From assembly GCA_963675495.1 (NCBI GenBank), contig OY776215.1, forward strand, positions 1,568,001 through 1,632,000: 64,000 nt of DNA, written 5' to 3'. Source of the stretch: an uncultured Methanolobus sp. GTDB taxonomy: Archaea > Halobacteriota > Methanosarcinia > Methanosarcinales > Methanosarcinaceae. The notes under the pieces are model-generated. The model had not been told where the DNA came from and ran no database searches. It saw only the letters and a program-made list of their open reading frames with translations. Below are positions 63,226 through 64,000 of this stretch, piece after piece; the stretch's first letter is position 1; each line of letters starts with the position of its first letter. The translations under genes were made by a program, and so were the position numbers.

Positions 63226-63328
63226 AGTTACCTATTTATTCCTTAGTTTGCATTCTATTTATCAGTTGATGTGTTATTTCTATAATTATATTCAAAATCG
63301 TTTTATGCTAATATAACTCTTATACGAA

Positions 63329-64000
63329 ATGGAGGTCATTTTTATTAACAACGTTGCAAAGGAGATTAGCGCAACTGACAAAACAAAGATCAAACCCACA
63401 TATCTCATATTGGGAAGTGGGAGTTTTGGTTTTGCATTAGCCAAGGAATTGAGGGAACTTGATAAAGAAATAATCATAGTGGACAAGGACTCCCAAAAAG
63501 TAGAGACACTTCGCGAAGAAGCCTACGAGGCTATTGTTGGTGACGTCGGCGATCCTGCACTTTTTGACATTATCAATACTAAGAACCTTGCAGGAATACT
63601 TATCCTTAGCTCTGACCCTAAAGCAAATGCTACGGCTCTTAAAAATATCAGGAACAAGGTTTCTCAGGATATTTACTGCGTAGTGAGGGCTCCTGATGTT
63701 ATAAACATGCAGGAAATGGAAACTATGGGGGCAGACCTTGTCATTATGCCACCCAGAATGGTAGCAAAGTCTCTTTCAAGGTCACTTGAGCGTGCCGAAG
63801 CGATGCGAAGGGGTAATAAACTCACACAGTGGTTTGAGGCAAACAAAGGAAGGAAACTTGCAATTGTAGTCCATGATAATCCAGATCCTGATGCAATTTC
63901 CAGTGCCCTTGCGCTAAAGACGATTGCAACATCCTTCAATGTGCTTGCAGATATCATATACCATGGAGAGATAGGGCATCAGGAGAACAAGGCTTTTGTG
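63329..64000 (+). CDS. TrkA-N domain / DHH-family phosphoesterase (truncated at window edge; not in ORF track)
   Basis: Manual translation: ILGSGSFG Rossmann motif, then HDNPDPDAISSA and GEIGHQEN; start approximate. Confidence 0.88.
   Translation, partial: MEVIFINNVAKEISATDKTKIKPTYLILGSGSFGFALAKELRELDKEIIIVDKDSQKVETLREEAYEAIVGDVGDPALFDIINTKNLAGILILSSDPKANATALKNIRNKVSQDIYCVVRAPDVINMQEMETMGADLVIMPPRMVAKSLSRSLERAEAMRRGNKLTQWFEANKGRKLAIVVHDNPDPDAISSALALKTIATSFNVLADIIYHGEIGHQENKAFV

Noticed and set aside
1-64000. CRISPR array, rRNA, transposase or intact integrase
   Set aside because: No regularly spaced repeats, rRNA-like sequence or DDE/tyrosine-recombinase ORF seen

Overview
Core-genome-rich window (about 40% GC by eye) from a methanogenic archaeon of the Methanosarcinaceae (Methanolobus/Methanococcoides-like; inferred from class I LysRS, the A2/methanogenesis-marker operon, a PGF-CTERM protein and archaeal-type tRNAs). 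It carries tRNA-Arg(TCT), tRNA-Gln(TTG), housekeeping genes (ilvE, moeA, DRG GTPase, msrB, gpmI, fen, aIF-5A, speB, pcm, hisF, lysS, prs, moaC, nnr) and the MCR-activation operon (atwA-mmp3-mmp6-mmp5-mmp15-mmp17-mmp7-AhpD). The accessory part lies at about 7.7-20 kb. It includes a 3.96-kb islet bounded by tRNA-Gln and a degenerate copy of its 3' half, carrying a VTC polyphosphate-polymerase / DUF4956 membrane protein / CotH kinase operon. An orphan CbbQ/NorQ AAA+ ATPase with a giant helical-repeat VWA partner and a DUF2278-LTD gene follow. Other notable items: a membrane-anchored Schlafen/AlbA_2 protein missed by the ORF track, an apparent ACG start codon in mmp3, a candidate structured sRNA behind tRNA-Arg, and an inverted repeat spanning two divergent start codons. 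All family assignments come from motif recognition by eye; no searches were run.
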